This document shows, piece after piece, positions 12,658 through 26,800 of a stretch of DNA of 64,000 nt. Source of the DNA: Pseudovirgaria hyperparasitica. Lineage: Eukaryota. Below the pieces are notes generated by a model. The model did not search any database and was not told the DNA's origin. It worked only from the letters and a program-made list of their open reading frames with translations. The stretch is taken from assembly GCA_010093815.1 (NCBI GenBank), contig ML996568.1. One strand, written 5' to 3'. A program made the translations under genes and the position numbers. Every line of letters starts with the position of its first letter. Positions within the stretch are counted from its first letter, which is position 1.

Positions 12658-15600
12658 CTTATCCTTATAAGACTTCCTATAAGTATCTTTTTCTCCTATA
12701 CCTCCTCTTTCTTTTCTTCCTTATTAGTTTCTAATAGGGCCCGTTCTATAGTAATGAAATGGGCCTTCAATAGATAGGCTTCGATTACACGACCGGCTTC
12801 AATATATGGTAGATAGAATTCGCGTAAACGCCATTATGTCTTCTTTCGAGCATTGCTTACTTTAATAATGAGTTTTATTATTTTATAGTAATGATAGGGT
12901 TTATTATCCTCTTTCGATAATAGAGTTTATTATCCTTTTTCGATAATAGAGTTCATCGTCATGAGACTACTTTTATAAGTATCCCTTCCCTCCTTAAAAA
13001 AAACTTCTATCCCCTAGAAGGAGATATTAATTCTAGGGAAACGTAAATATTCTTCTCTATTAAAGTCTTACAGAGTAGGAATCACTACTTCTACCCGGGT
13101 TCATATGGCGTCGTCGAGGTATTCCGTAAGTTATTTATAATAGTTTTCCTTATTGCTACTCTCCTTATTTTCCTCGGTAATTCTTCTAATTAGTAGTCGC
13201 GAGGGCTTATCGTAACTCTCGTTACTTATATTTCTTATAAAATATTTCTTTAACCTATAGCTAGGAAACGTCCCTCTAAGCATGGCTCTATTAAGCTCCG
13301 CGAGCTTATAAGTATAATTAAACATAGACTAGATTCTATATGGCCCCCTCTAATACTACCTTAGCTTCCGCCCTATATCCTTCTATTACTACGAGTTATA
13401 TAGGAGGATAATCGTATTAACTAGTAACGACTCTTAACGAAGGTAATGGTCGTTATTCTATACCTCTCTCGATTCCTTACGCGTTCGTATCGCGTAGGCA
13501 TAGGCCTCCTTAAGATCCTCGGATCTTCTCTTAAGTTATCTAGCTTAAAGAGTAAGTAAGTCGGACGTTAATCGTACCTCGTCCTAAGGGAGCATTTAGA
13601 GCGACTCGAATTCGACTTTAATAGGTATGATTAGTTTATGGCTGAGCACGAGGTATACGGTACTATACCCTATACTAGCACGTGTCGTTATTCTATCTAC
13701 CTAGACGACCGCATGGAGGTGGCCGGGCTAGTTCTTGAATCCGCCATTAGTTATCTTCGCGAGAGTATTAGCGAGTAGTATAAAACTTCTCTTAATAATT
13801 CTATTTACTTAGGGATTATACGTAGACGTAACCTTCTAATAAATTCTATAGAGTTAGAGGAGCTCCTCTATAGCACCTATATTTTCTCTACTACTATTAT
13901 AGGTGATTTTAGGAATAATTCTATATCTATAGATTACGTTCTTAAAGAGGAACTTTACGATAATTATAGACGTAGCTACCGTACATGCCTCCGCCTTAGT
14001 CTATCCGCTTAGCTATTCTTATATAGATACTACTTTACTATACCCTATAGAAGGTAGTAGCGTCGTTACGTCTAAGTATATTCTTTACTAAAGAATAGGC
14101 GTTATAACGTGGTAGAGCCCTTTATTAAGACCTCCGAGGAGTTTACTTTATTATTAATATTTATTATAGGTTTTCACGTGCTATCGTACGTCTCTATATA
14201 TACCTACCTACTAATACTTATCCTTAATTCTTCCGAGGGTCCCTTTACTACCTCTATAATCTATCTTATTATAAGTAGCGGTAATTATACGCGCCCTAGT
14301 ATTCGGATCCTTAATTACTCGTGTATATTAGCGATACCTATCTCCTCTCTACTAGAGTATTCGGTCACGCACGAGGAACTTTAGGTAGTCGGTTATAAAG
14401 GCCTTATACGCTCGGTCGGTTAGGTCGGTTAGCCTCTTAAGTATAGTAAGATATTTTATAATCCTCTACCATTTATCGCTATATTCATCTATTAAGGGAG
14501 ACTTAATAGTAGTATAGTTAAGTATCCCTATTATATAATCTCTTCCGCTAACGGGCTTAATTAATGACGTCTCTAGTACGTCTATATATAGAGCTATATC
14601 TATAAACTTATCTAGGTTAAAGGTAGGGATGTCTGGTAGTTCTTCTCCTTCGTATATCCGTAAGATACTATCGGCGACTACGTTACGCTTTCTAGGTACG
14701 TGCCTAACTATAAAGTTCTATAGCTAAATCTACGCGAGCTACCTAGTAACGAGCGCCCCTAGTAAGTTAGTTATAGTACGGTTAATTTAAGCGACTAGAG
14801 TATTCGTATCTATTTCTATAATAAAGTACATACTATAGAGATATTACCAGAACTTCTATAACGCGTGGAGGAGGGCTTGGTACTCTAGCTTCACGGTATC
14901 GTAGTTTCTCTTAGCTTTTAACTATATTCCTCTATTATACCGCGATGGCTAATATTTACGATTCTCGTTCTCCTATATTAATATAGCTCCCTACCTAACG
15001 TTACTAGAGTCTACTACTAGGATTATATCTCCCGCACCTATCCCGTATTATAATGTTATTAGTGCGAGAGTAGTAGTTAGAGCTATCTTTAGCGCGTCTA
15101 TCGAGGTCTACTCCTTAGCTATCTACTACTAGGCCGATTTATTCTTTAATAGTATAAATAGCGGCGATGCGATAATAGCGTACCCGGGGATCTATATCCG
15201 GAAATATATATAAACGCTAAGGAAGGCTCGCACATTCGTCGTGTTTTTATAGGGTTTCTAGTCCCTAATAGTAGTAACCTTTTTATTACTCGGTCGCCTC
15301 CCTTTAATGTCGTAGACGTATCCTATAACGTTAGCGGCTTTAATATACTACTAAGTCTTCTTACTACTTAGGGCGTATCTAGCGCGCTCTATATCCGCGA
15401 GAACCTTATCCATGTTAATTAAATATTCTAGAATATATCTATAAATTCTAGGTAGGGCCTCCTTAGAGTTATATTTCGTTATAGGTCCTTTAATGCCTAA
15501 GTTATCTAGGAATAGTAGAGCCCTCTCCGGGATATATTCTTATATAATAGTTAATATAATTCTAACGAACTAAGCTACTAAATTAGTGGCCCCTTAAGGT

Positions 15601-16646
15601 AATATTATCCCGTGTAGTAATCCTAGAGGCGTTATAAACCCCGTTAAGTCTTAGTAATACTCTACTAATAGAATCTAATCGTATCCTAAGAAGAAGTCAG
15701 TAAACGTTAAGACGGCTATTCCCGTGAAGTGCTCCGAGAACTCTTTATATAAGAGCGGCGTGGCCGCATTACGAATGGTAACTTGGTTGATTTCTATCGC
15801 CGAATTGATTAACCTATAATCTCGTTCCTTATTGGCTTCCTTCTTCTTTTCCACGAGAAAATAGACGTTTTAATAAGAACTACTATAGGGCTCGAGCCTT
15901 CCGCTATTAAGACGCTCTTTTAGAATTATAAATACCTTCCTATAAAGGGCTCTAGGAATATTAAAGTTCTTAGTCTACTATACCTTATGTTCTACCGTTC
16001 GGATCTCCTACGGAGATGCCACCTCTTTATTAAATTTACTAAGGTATAAGAATTTCTATGCTAGTACTTCCTCGCGATATAATAAGATTATATATAGTAA
16101 CTTAAGTTCCGTAGGACGTAGCTCTATTCTAATCTTTAGCTAACTTATACGTAGAGACGTTAGACGTGTTCCTAGTAGGATAGTTACCCTTTAAGGCTCT
16201 ATTAGCCTATTAAACGTATTAAGGCCTAGATAGACAGCTAGAAGAAGTACCTACCATGCGATTACTCGTTCACGCTAGTCTAGATACCCTAATAGATTTC
16301 TAGGAACCTTTCGGTGGGCTTCGGAGTCATCCACAGGGTGTACTTTAACTCCCTTTCTTTTATATATGGTAGCTATACTAAATCCCTTTAATACCCCGGA
16401 TGAATACCGTCTTTAGAGGCCGGTAGAGCCTACTATAAGCCGTTCTATTATCGTGCCTTATTTATATACGAAGGTAGCGTACCTTACCGCCATAACTAGA
16501 GCAGCTAAGTTATCTTTTCTCGATAACCAAGTAACATTTTTAGGCCGGATTTTCTCGGAAAGTAACTCTATATAACTTATTTCTATATCCGTATAAAAAT
16601 ATAGCCTATCCCCTTCGTTAGTAGGTTTACTAGACCCTATTTAGTG

Positions 16647-16685
16647 CGGATTATTAGTTAAGGGTAGCCCTTAACTAATAATCCG
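16647..16685. repeat. Shared palindrome, copy 2 (18-bp arms), inside pol between protease and RT
   Basis: CGGATTATTAGTTAAGGG-TAG-CCCTTAACTAATAATCCG. Reads RIISQGLPLTDDP in the pol frame after de-RIP. Confidence 0.95.
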
Positions 16686-19368
16686 GCTTAACTCCGGCTT
16701 CCGGCGATATACTCCGCTATATAGTTAGTCTCTAGCCATAGAGTTACCCTCCTTCTCTAAGACTAGAATATACTTATCTAGACTAGTTTTGAAGGTTACA
16801 CGTTCTTATCTATATATAGAGTAGACTATTAAGAGTACTTACCCGGAGACTAACCTCTATACTATAAGTAAGGCCTATCTAGTATATAGCTCCCCTAGAA
16901 TAAGGTCATGATTAAGTTTACTATATACGAATATTAAAGTGGCCGTAACGATCCGACCTATATAGATAGGGTATTACTATACTATTCCTACGAATAGAGT
17001 ACTATACTAAGTAGCGCTAACTAAACTTAAGTTCTTTATATATAGTAGAAGCGAAGATATCGCTAGCCCGAGACGCCTTATAGCATCTAGTCGAATACTA
17101 TTTATCTATACGCCACTATTAAATAGTACTATACTAGTCGCCCTTTTAGGACTAACTTCCACGGGGTATCTTAGACACTCGGCTACTAGCCTTACTATCC
17201 CTTTCTTAAGCTAATTAATATCTCGTTATGTAATGGCCGTCCCCGTGGTATAGAGGGGTACTAATACGTTAAGTTTATTTATCTCGGGAGCCATAGTATG
17301 GTTATTTCTTCCTTTCTTCTCGGCTCTCTCTTCTTAAGCCTTACGGACCTCTCTAGCTATAAAGTTAGGGGCGCCCTTCTTAAACACCGCACGATATAAG
17401 TTACTATTAAGGCTTAATAGTTCGCTAATAGTAATGTTTATAGTTATCCCTAGAACGCGCACTAGCCATGCTTCGCTAGCTTCTATACTTAGCCGCTATC
17501 CTTCGCGTAGATAGTTATTAAGCTTAACGCCTTAGATACGTGCCTTTTAACTAGGATTTAGACTATCCCCTTTATCTATCTTATCCTCCGGCGCCGTTAG
17601 CTCTTATTTAGACGTTCTCTAGTTACTACTCTTCTTGCCGTCCTTCTATTCCTTAATAATTCTTATATACTACCCTTTACGCATTCTACGGAGACGGGTA
17701 ATCTTTCTTTCCTTAGTACGATTAGGTGTACTCTTCGTGATCCCCCTTCTAGATATTACGAGTATAGCGGGCTCTTCTAGGGCTATCTCCTTACGGATAT
17801 ATCTATTACTAGCCACGTTAAAGCGTTCGTGGAATTCTATATATCTATCTTTCTTACTCTCGGACGACGTAACTTCTTCTTCTAAATTGCTATCCGCTAA
17901 GGCCTAGTAGGGACCCTTTATAGATTTTATACTAATACTATATACTAGTACTCCCCATGAAGCGTTAATGTTTACTATAGACGTGGAAACCTTTACTCCT
18001 CCTCCGTACTAGCTTAGGCCATTTTAAACCATTACTATATAGTTCTAGATAGCTTATAGAGTAGCTTATAGCCCTACTAAGGGGGGTAGTAATGGGATTT
18101 CTTCTCCGTTCGCCCCGAAACGCCCTTAGAACACTCGTACCCCATTAATATTTAGTAATCCGTCTCTAATATATTCTACCATCTCCGGATATCTATATAT
18201 TAGGTAATCTCCTTCGTACGTGATATACACGATTAGTCTTCGAGGCCTATCCTAGGCTATAACGCCTTCTTAGGAGTCTCGGGTAGAGACGTATTCTCTA
18301 TTCTATATATAATTCTATAGATAAACTTATATTAGTTCTATAGGCATGCCTTATACTTAGGGATGTACTAAAAGATTTAGCCTTCGCGTCTACTAGTTAA
18401 TAATAGCCGAAAGTAGCTTAGATTCGTACTTCTTAAGGGATAGGAATAAGAGATTAGAGGTAAAGTAGGACTTCATCTTAATTAACGTGAGGTCTAGTTT
18501 ACTAAATCTCTCTACTATCTCGTTAAACTTATCCGATTCTAGCGCGACGTGTACTACGACTAGAGAGGGGTAGTTAAATTTATTAGTTCTTCTTTCTTCA
18601 TGTAACTACTCTTCTAAGCCGGTCTTCTTACTCCCTATCTTTGATTTATAGTATATGGCTATGGCTAGCTCTTATGCGGCTAAGTACTTATTAATACGAG
18701 CTAGTTCCTTAAGTACTCTAGCCTTTTATAATATGAAGCCATAGATAATTACCTAGTCGTAACTATATACTTCTATCATGAGTTAATATTTCTCTATAGC
18801 CCGAGCCTTAAGACTATTAGGCAGCCCTTCTAGGAAGAGCTCTATTCGCGAATACGAGCTTAGGCTTCCTTTAGCCGTAAGTTTCTCCATAATAATATAA
18901 TACTAGGAGTAGTATATAGGGAGAGAGTAGGATAGGTCTACTTTAACTATTTCCACGTATTTTCGGACAAAGTAGATGGTACCTTCCTCGAGGGTAGAGT
19001 TAAATAGAGAGAATTCCTTTAATAATTCTTCACGTAGCATAGCCTACTACTATTTCTAAAACCTACTCATTCCTTTAATAGTAGGACGGAGATAGTCCTC
19101 GTAGTATAATAGTAGAGAGGTTATTTTCTTATTAGGCGGAACTTCGTAGTTTATATATATATTCTTATACTTCCGAAGGAAGGCTATAATGTTTATTCCT
19201 TTAAAGCGCTCGGGGGCTAGGGTAGATAGAGATACTATCCTTCCTTATCGCGTAAATGCTATAAAGAAGTTAAGCATCTCTCTACGAGTTACTAGGTCGT
19301 TGTTTTAAGCTCCTATCGCACTATTACTAGTAGTAGATATACTAGTAGAGACGCTAGGGGTAAGGTTA

Positions 19369-19393
19369 TTAGTTAAGGGATTACCTTAACTAA
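19369..19393. repeat. Shared palindrome, copy 3 (degenerate, 10-bp arms), in the 5' part of gag
   Basis: TTAGTTAAGG-GATTA-CCTTAACTAA. Reads SQGNPLTDD in the gag frame after de-RIP. Confidence 0.8.
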
Positions 19394-19897
19394 AGGTTAG
19401 CCCAATGCGTCTACCTATAACACCTATTATCCCTTCTCTATGTTAACTAATCCCTTTATAAGGTGAACTATTACTATCGTCTTTATTAATATAAGGTTCA
19501 TGGTATCCTACTTATGTTATTATCTTCGTGTAAGGCGTTCCTAAAGTAGTATACTCATGTGGCCGTGTTTATAAATAACAGCTATGGCAGCACTAAACAG
19601 GTTATATTTATCGTTTTTAAACTCTTCTTTACTACTTCATCTGGCCCTATTTTATATCCTATTCCCCTAAGACATTTTCGAGTCGCGCTATCACCCGTGT
19701 TAGTATACGCATGCTTTTTACGGCTACTTTTAAGAGGCTAGCCCCTAGCGACTCCGGACTCCCTGTTTTCTAGACTCGTGGCTTCGATCTAGTAAGTCTA
19801 GACTACCTTATTAGGCACGCTATATACTTCCCCTAAGCTAGTTTCGGAGTCCTAATCTCCCCCTATAAGTTTATAGTCCGGGTACGACCTCTAAAAT

Positions 19898-20269
19898 TAT
19901 AGTAAGCTATCGCTACGTATGTTCCTTTTATAAATAGCTATATTCCTAGTATAGTAGTCGCGACGAACTTATAAGTATCTCTCCTAGGTATTATAAGTTC
20001 TCTTTAAACGTACGACTTCTTATTAGTTCTCTTTTATAATAGGACGGGTCTATACAATACTCTCAATCAATTCTTTAATAGCTAAGCCTAATAATCAATA
20101 CCTATAGAGGCCTATAAACGTAAGAAAAGGTCGAATAGTCGAATATTAGTGATGGGGGAAGCGCGCCGAGTAGAATGACCAAGGAAAACGCCCTCCTTAA
20201 ATATACAATGAAGCCATGTGATCGAGCTAGGGACATATACATGTAGGGCTATAGGAGCGGCCTTCCATA
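19898..20269 (-). repeat. 5' LTR of the Ylt1-like element
   Basis: 372-bp match to 8830-9201. Confidence 0.95.
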
Positions 20270-20527
20270 ATAGTACCTAGGCTTATCTAATTATATTACG
20301 TAATACGCTAGGCCTAATTAGATAATCTTATCTATATAAGAATTTAGGATAGATAAAATCTAGTTTATTAGAAAAATACTTATATAAATCTTAGATTAGT
20401 AAATATTAGTAAATATCTAAGATAAAGCGTAGAGAACGACTAAGGTCTTATAAGACTTAGAATAGAGATATAGAAATAGATAATAATCTAGACTACTAAG
20501 AGTAGCTTCCTAAAGGGAGGGGATAAT

Positions 20528-20755
20528 TATTAGAACTTAGTCTTAGATATAATCTAATCCGTACGTATCTTAGCTAATAGAGTTAGAAGATAGCGTAAAG
20601 GGCGGTAAATAGTTACGTACTAGATAGATCGGCGTCCCTTTATATATATACTCTTAGATTTCTACTAAAAGGGTTAGGTAGTAATTTATTCTATAATAGA
20701 ATACACCCTATTATTCTATCTAACTATACTACTATCTAATAACCCTATTCTTATA
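20528..20755 (+). repeat. 228-bp LTR (3' LTR of the outer Gypsy)
   Basis: Preceded by a PPT. Same family as 29358-29585 (inverted) and 30780-31007. Confidence 0.9.
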
Positions 20756-21344
20756 TATAGAGTAAGAAATCTATAGAGATTATCTAGTCTATTAAGATTA
20801 TCTTCTTTAATTATTATCTTAAGTATAAGACTAATACTTCTTATATACCTAAGAATCTCTATAAGGCCTTAATAAAGTCTATCTATAATAGTAAGTAGTA
20901 TAGAGCTAGTATATAAGTATTTTTTAATACTACTAGTAATATTAGAATAATAAAATACTAGAGATAAGCTAAGTACTCTTATAATCTTAATTATATAGAT
21001 AGTCTAAAGCTTAACGACGGCTTATATAACTATATAGTTAAGATAATAAGGCTAAATCTAAGTCTATTAAAGACTTATCTTCTTTAGAGTCTTAGAAATC
21101 TATAGATAGAACGTAAGGTTTCTAAACTAAGTAAGGCTAGTGGTAGTTACCTAGCTATACTATAAATCTATAACTAGGCTTAAGTAGTTAACTATAGCCC
21201 TAATCAACTACTTTAGAGTAATAACCTAAGTACTAATAATTAGCTAGATAAAGCTAAGAAGATACTTAGAAATTATAACTAGAGGTATAAGAGAGTTATT
21301 ACTTATTACTATAACTAAACTAGTAATAAATCTTTATTAGTATT

Positions 21345-21546
21345 TGTAATGGATATAACTAAGGTATTGCTACAATGGTAACTAAGATATATTATAATTT
21401 AACTTAGAGAGAATAGGGATAAGCCGTATGGTTATAGCTTTAAGTATAGTCTTAAGCGAGGTTACGTGATACCCCTATACTAGTCTCTATCCGTCCCGGC
21501 TCCGTTATATAATACTAGAGATAAGGTAAAGCCGAAGTCTATAATA
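21345..21546 (-). repeat. 3' LTR (202 bp)
   Basis: TGTAATGG...ATAA[C>T]A, matches 28894-29095. Confidence 0.95.
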
Positions 21547-23829
21547 TACCCTTATTCTCTAGAATCGTCCTAGGGACCGGCTTAGTATTTTATATAATAA
21601 TAACCGGCTTAGTTAGGTCTTAGGTTTACGGTCTTTATATCGTACTATATAATAACCGTAGGGCTATATATTCCTTCTAGTAAGGTGGTAGCTTTTTATA
21701 GTAGCGTCCTAGCGGTCACGTGGTAGAGGTTAGTTCCTTATATTACGGCGTTATAGGTTATATAATCGTAAGGTAGTAGAATCCTATAGTTATATTATGG
21801 CGGTTATGTGGCGGAGGTAGGCTCCTCGTATTACGGCGTGCCGCGTCGGGTTATATAAAGGTAGGGTAGCCTACACACGAACCGCGCGTCCCGTTTTATT
21901 ATTATCCGTTTTAGGACCGGCTACTCGCTAGGCTAGGGGTTATATAGTAGTAGTAGGGTAGCTTACGCACGACCCGCGTTTATTATTATTATTATCTATT
22001 TTAGGACCGGCTCTACCCCGGCCCACACGATTTTCCCTAACGTAAGTATATAGGTCCCACGCCTAGCGACTTTCTTCTTCCTTAACTACCCTTACGCCTA
22101 CTATCTTAATACCGCGTAGTAGCTACTACGATATTAGTAAACTCGTATACCACCTCGTAGCTTCTATACTATTATCATAAGCGCTCTAGGCCTAAATAGT
22201 TCTATTATAGAAACCGGCGCCGTCTCGGCGGTAGCTATAGGTGCTAGAGGTTAAGACCCTAACGATTATCGCGCGCCTAGGCGCTAGGAACCAGCCGATC
22301 GTACCGTAAGTGGGTCCTATCCCTACGCCGTTCCTTATACTAACTAGATAGACTATTCCTCCTACTATACCCTAATAGGCTAAGCCTATTTACCGTATAG
22401 GGCTATATATTATAGAGGGTAACTCGTTAGAAGACGAGCGTACTAAGTCCGTGTACTTCGTATATCGCACATATATAAAGGCCCTAGAGAAAACTAGGGT
22501 ACTTAGGTATATGCCGTCTCTACGCCGTAGCGGCGCCTACTAATCTTAGAGCATAGCTATAAGCCTAGCCGCGGTACTAACTATATAAAGTACCACACGT
22601 CGAAGGGGACCTACTTATAGAATACTAAGGATCTCGCCATGTACCTAGCCTTACGTAAGGCGTAGAGTCGTCTTAAAAAGTTTATATATAAGTCGGTTAA
22701 TAATAACTTTAGCCATATAACGGATTATAGTAGTCGCGGTCTAGACCCGATAAAGCCTTCGTCCGGTAAGTAGCCGCGTATAAACTCTAAGTTCTACCGC
22801 CTATATAAGGACTATAAGTCTAACTTAGAGATTATCTATATCACGCGATATAACGCTAGTATTATTAGTTAGGCTTCTATAACGCCTTATCGTGGCGCCG
22901 TAACGTTATTTAAGCCGCCGCATCACGGTAGTAGTAACCATGGCTAGATTAGTAGCGTGATTCACTAGATAAATTAGTATATATCCTATAACGAGGCCTA
23001 GATAGGTAAGCTACGCACTAGTATCGGTACCTTATAGATATATAAGCTTTATAAGCCTAAATGCCTATTCTAACGTATAACGTAGGGTACTATATAGTAA
23101 GTTACGTCCGGGTTAGCCCATCTAGCGGAGCCACTATCTCGCCGCCTTATTACTTAGGTAGTTATGGAGGATAAGGAGCCCTTATTAGATAGTAGCCGCT
23201 CGCGCTAACCCCGGCCTATAGGCCATAGGGAGTCGCCGACTCGGAGCTCTCGCTATCGCCCTATTAGGTCCCTCTAGCTCCCTATTGCCGCCCCTCCTTA
23301 TAAGTCCTCGCTACCTTATTATTAGCCCTAGACCCCTTCTCGCCACCGTAACCGCTCCCGGTCCTATAAGCGTTATAGCCGGTCCCCCACCCGCCGTAAT
23401 CGGTCTCCCTACTATCGTGACCGGTCGTATAACCATCGGGACCGGTCGTACGACCGTCGCCGTCGCTCGGGTAGCCGTCGGTACTATTCCCGCGAGGATC
23501 GTTAAGCGTTACGCCGCTATTAGTCGCCGGCCTACCCCCGCTATAACCCTCCCGTAGACGAGTATAACTCGCCCTCGCCACCCGCCTAGATTAATAGCTA
23601 CTACCGTCGTTAGGAGACGGCCTAGGGGAGGACTAGATAACTAACCTTATATTAGGATTTATAGATAAGGACGGCACCGGCCCCAGCGCCGTATAAACCT
23701 AGGGTAGAGCTAGGTGAATAACCTTTTCATGTCTTAAGACGGGTGTCGGTTTATTATTAGGTTATACTAGGTACTAGCGTTCAGTGTTTATTTCTTTCTT
23801 TCCTAAAATCTCTACTCTTATATTAGGTT

Positions 23830-26800
23830 ATCGGGGCCGCTATAGGCCTATAATAGTAGAGTAATATTACTACTTAGGGATGCGTTAGAGTCGTGGGCCG
23901 TTATATAATCGAGTGTTACTATATCTAGACTCGAACCGGTCTAGCGCCTCGGTATCTTCTACGTCCTTAAGTAGGACCTATATTAGTTATAACTACCCTT
24001 TCTACTTTACGAGCACCTATTACTTATTCCGCCCCTATATATTTTTCGTATGTAGGATATTCTTAACCTTATACTCCGCGACGTCCTCGTCTACTTCGTT
24101 AAGCTTAAGCGCCGGGCCCGGGCGGGTATTAAGCCGCTCTTAGCTAGGTAGAGGGTCCTCTACGGCGCGCTCGATAAGGCTTATATAGACCGTTTTATAA
24201 AGGTCTCCGGGGAGGTCGAGGGTTACTATTAAGGGAGTAGGTTAGACTATAACCCGGTATTTTACCTATAGCTAGTCGAGCTTCCGGCTCGGGCGGTTAG
24301 TCTTTACGTTCCGGAGGGAGAACTATACTATATTACCGACCTCGAAACGCTCGGCCGGGCGTTATAACCGGTTTACCGAGTCTTAGAAGCGCTACTCGGC
24401 CTAGGTAATAGCCGCTTAAGCTAAGGCAGTGCCGTCCTAAAGGTATTTAAGGAAATTCATAGCCCGACCTTTCGCCGAGGTCGTAGAGGCGTTAGAGAGT
24501 GGCTACCGTGGTAATAGTTTAACGTAGTATCCATTTAGAAGTAAGTTTAGCGCTATACCGGTTACTAACGAGGTATAGTTATTAAGGGCGAGCTAATATA
24601 CCGGGAGATATTCTAGCTAGTTAGTTTACTCGAAAGTTACTATAACGCGTAGTACGGCCTACACCTTCTAGTTCGCACGCTTAGTACCGCTATCTATCTA
24701 CGGGTAGTAGGCCGTAGAGAGGTCCTAGCGTATACCTATTATAGAGTAGAGGGTTATCTAGAACTACCTAAGCTAGTCCGAGCTCCGGTCTATAATTATT
24801 AACTAGGGGAACCCCTAGAAACGCCACCACGTGTTACGGAACCGCGTAGCGTAGTCTTCGGCCACCATAGAGGTTATCGCCTCTAGCTAAATAAACTTTA
24901 AGAGCCGGTCCGTAATAATAAGAAGATATTAGGGCTAGGACGGGTCTAATTAGGGAAGGTCGGTTATAAAATCTATAGAAATTTAGGACTAGAACCGGTC
25001 CGGTATTAGAAGAGGCTAGAGAAGGCTAGGGGCCTTACGTCGGTTTACGTAGGCTCTATAGTAGTTATAGTTTCGTACGAACTACTAGACATTAGCCTAT
25101 ATCCGCTCCTAGTAGTACTCCCGCCGAATAGCTATATAAGTCTTATTCTTACCGGGATAGCCCGCGAGGGGGGAGGTATAGGACTTCTAGATAATAGTCG
25201 TAGTAAGGGGTTCCTACTTAGGCACCTAAATAACCCCCTACCATATTAGTATTCCGTATACTAATATAGCGTAGTCTATAATCTATTTAGTAGTAAGCGC
25301 CTCCGGTAGAAAGAGGCGTACCTCGTCTACTACGGCCCCGTAGCGGGCCCGGTATACCGGGACTAACCGAATGGCCTAGTCCTAGAGCTCCTAGAGGTGG
25401 GGGTCGGTAAAGATACTTCGTCCCTAGGGGAGATAGAACTCCCTAGAGTAGCTACTTACTAGTACTATTCTAATAGCCCGTGGGGTTATAAGCCGTCCCC
25501 TTAGGAGGGACTTTTTAGATAAGTTCTAGTTACGGCGGCTTAGGGTATCCGGGTAGGCCGCCTAGGATCCCGGCTAGTATATAAGGTCGTAGTTAAATAG
25601 TATAAGCTAGTCGGACTATTATTACTACCGTAGGATAAGAAGGTAAGACTTAGTAAAGTGCTCGAGGTTTTTATAGTCCGTATAGACTATAAAGGGGCGG
25701 TAGACGCTTCGGAGCTTAGGTTCCTACGCCTAGAGGCACTAAACTACTATAAGGAGCTCCTTATTATAGATCGTATAGTTCTACTAAGCGGCCATAAGGG
25801 CCGCGGAATAGTAGGCTACCGGGTACTAAATACCCCGAACCTTTTAGGATAGGTATCTACCCGCTACGTATCCGGAGTAATCCGCCTCGACTATTATATC
25901 GCGTGTCTTATTCTAGGACTAGAGGATTAGCCCGGTAATAAAAGCGTTCTTTAGTATATTAAACGCGCGGTCCTTAGCCGGGCCCTAGTAGAAGGCCGTC
26001 CTAGCCTTAGTAAGGGCGTAGAGTAGGGCCGCTATAGTAGAGAAGTTAGGGAGGAAGTTATAGTAGAAGTTTATAAACCTAATGAACCGCTAGACGCCCC
26101 GGACCGTAGTCGGGGGCTTCTAGTCCCGGATAGCGGTAATCTTCTCTAGGTTAGGGTAGATCGACTCCCTAGCGGTAATAACGTAACCTAGATACCGGAC
26201 CTCCTTAGTAGCGAAACGGTATTTAGTAAGGTCGTAGTAAAGGTCCGCCTTTATAAGGAGAGATAGAATAGTTTTTATAGCGGCCTAGTGGTCTTCTAAC
26301 GTGCCCGGGGTATATATAAGGATATTATTAAGATACGCTATATAGGTAACCCCGAGGACCCTACTTAGTACCCCGTTAATATAGCGCTAGAAGGAGATAG
26401 GGGCGCCGGAGAGACCGAAAGGGAGAACTATCTATTCGAAGAGGCCGAACCGGGTGTAGAAGGCTATCTTATATTTGTCCCCGGCGGCGACCCGTAGTTT
26501 ATAAAATACCGCCCGGATATCCACCTTACTAAACCATAATATATTACTAATAGTGTGTAGGGTCTCGCGTATAAGTGGTAGCGGGTATTAGTTCTATTCG
26601 GTAATACTATTAAGGGCCCTATAGTTAATATATAGCCGCTACTTCCCTCCCGGCTTAGGGATAAGAAGTACTAGCGCCCCGGCCGCTAAGGAGCTAGCCT
26701 ATATCCATCTCTTATCTATAAGATCCGTAAGCTAGCGACGGAGCTCTATAAGTTATTCCTAAGATATAGCGTAGAGCGGTCCCTAGGGGAGGTTTATAGG

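Larger units (their letters stand above)
13100..19500 (-). pseudogene. RIP-degraded single-frame gag-pol of the Ylt1-like element
   Basis: Same frame throughout the motifs checked: FEGTNITAFLRKYE (~19205-19165), CX2CX3HX4C knuckle (~18227-18189), protease LFDSG (~17126-17112), RT LPQGATNSVAQF (~15602-15567) and PFLDDLGIKGP (~15517-15485), integrase tail YKLAELDGAMLRGTFPGHRLKKYF (~13310-13240). No chromodomain seen. Ends are approximate. Confidence 0.9.
8830..20269 (-). mobile_element. Complete Ylt1-like Ty3/Gypsy LTR retrotransposon (11,440 bp) with an extra cargo ORF
   Basis: 372-bp direct LTRs (TGTGG...CCA[C>T]A). 4-bp TSD ATAG at 8826-8829 and 20270-20273. PPT-like GGGGAGG on the minus strand next to the left LTR (~9205-9211). 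gag-pol lies on the minus strand. Confidence 0.93.
4400..20755 (+). mobile_element. Outer chromovirus Gypsy element (5' LTR not found), split by the insertion at 8830-20269
   Basis: pol at 4400-7100. The 3' region resumes after the nested element, followed by polypurine tract AAAGGGAGGGGA (20512-20523) and the 228-bp LTR at 20528-20755. Linking this pol to this LTR is inferred from collinearity. Confidence 0.7.
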
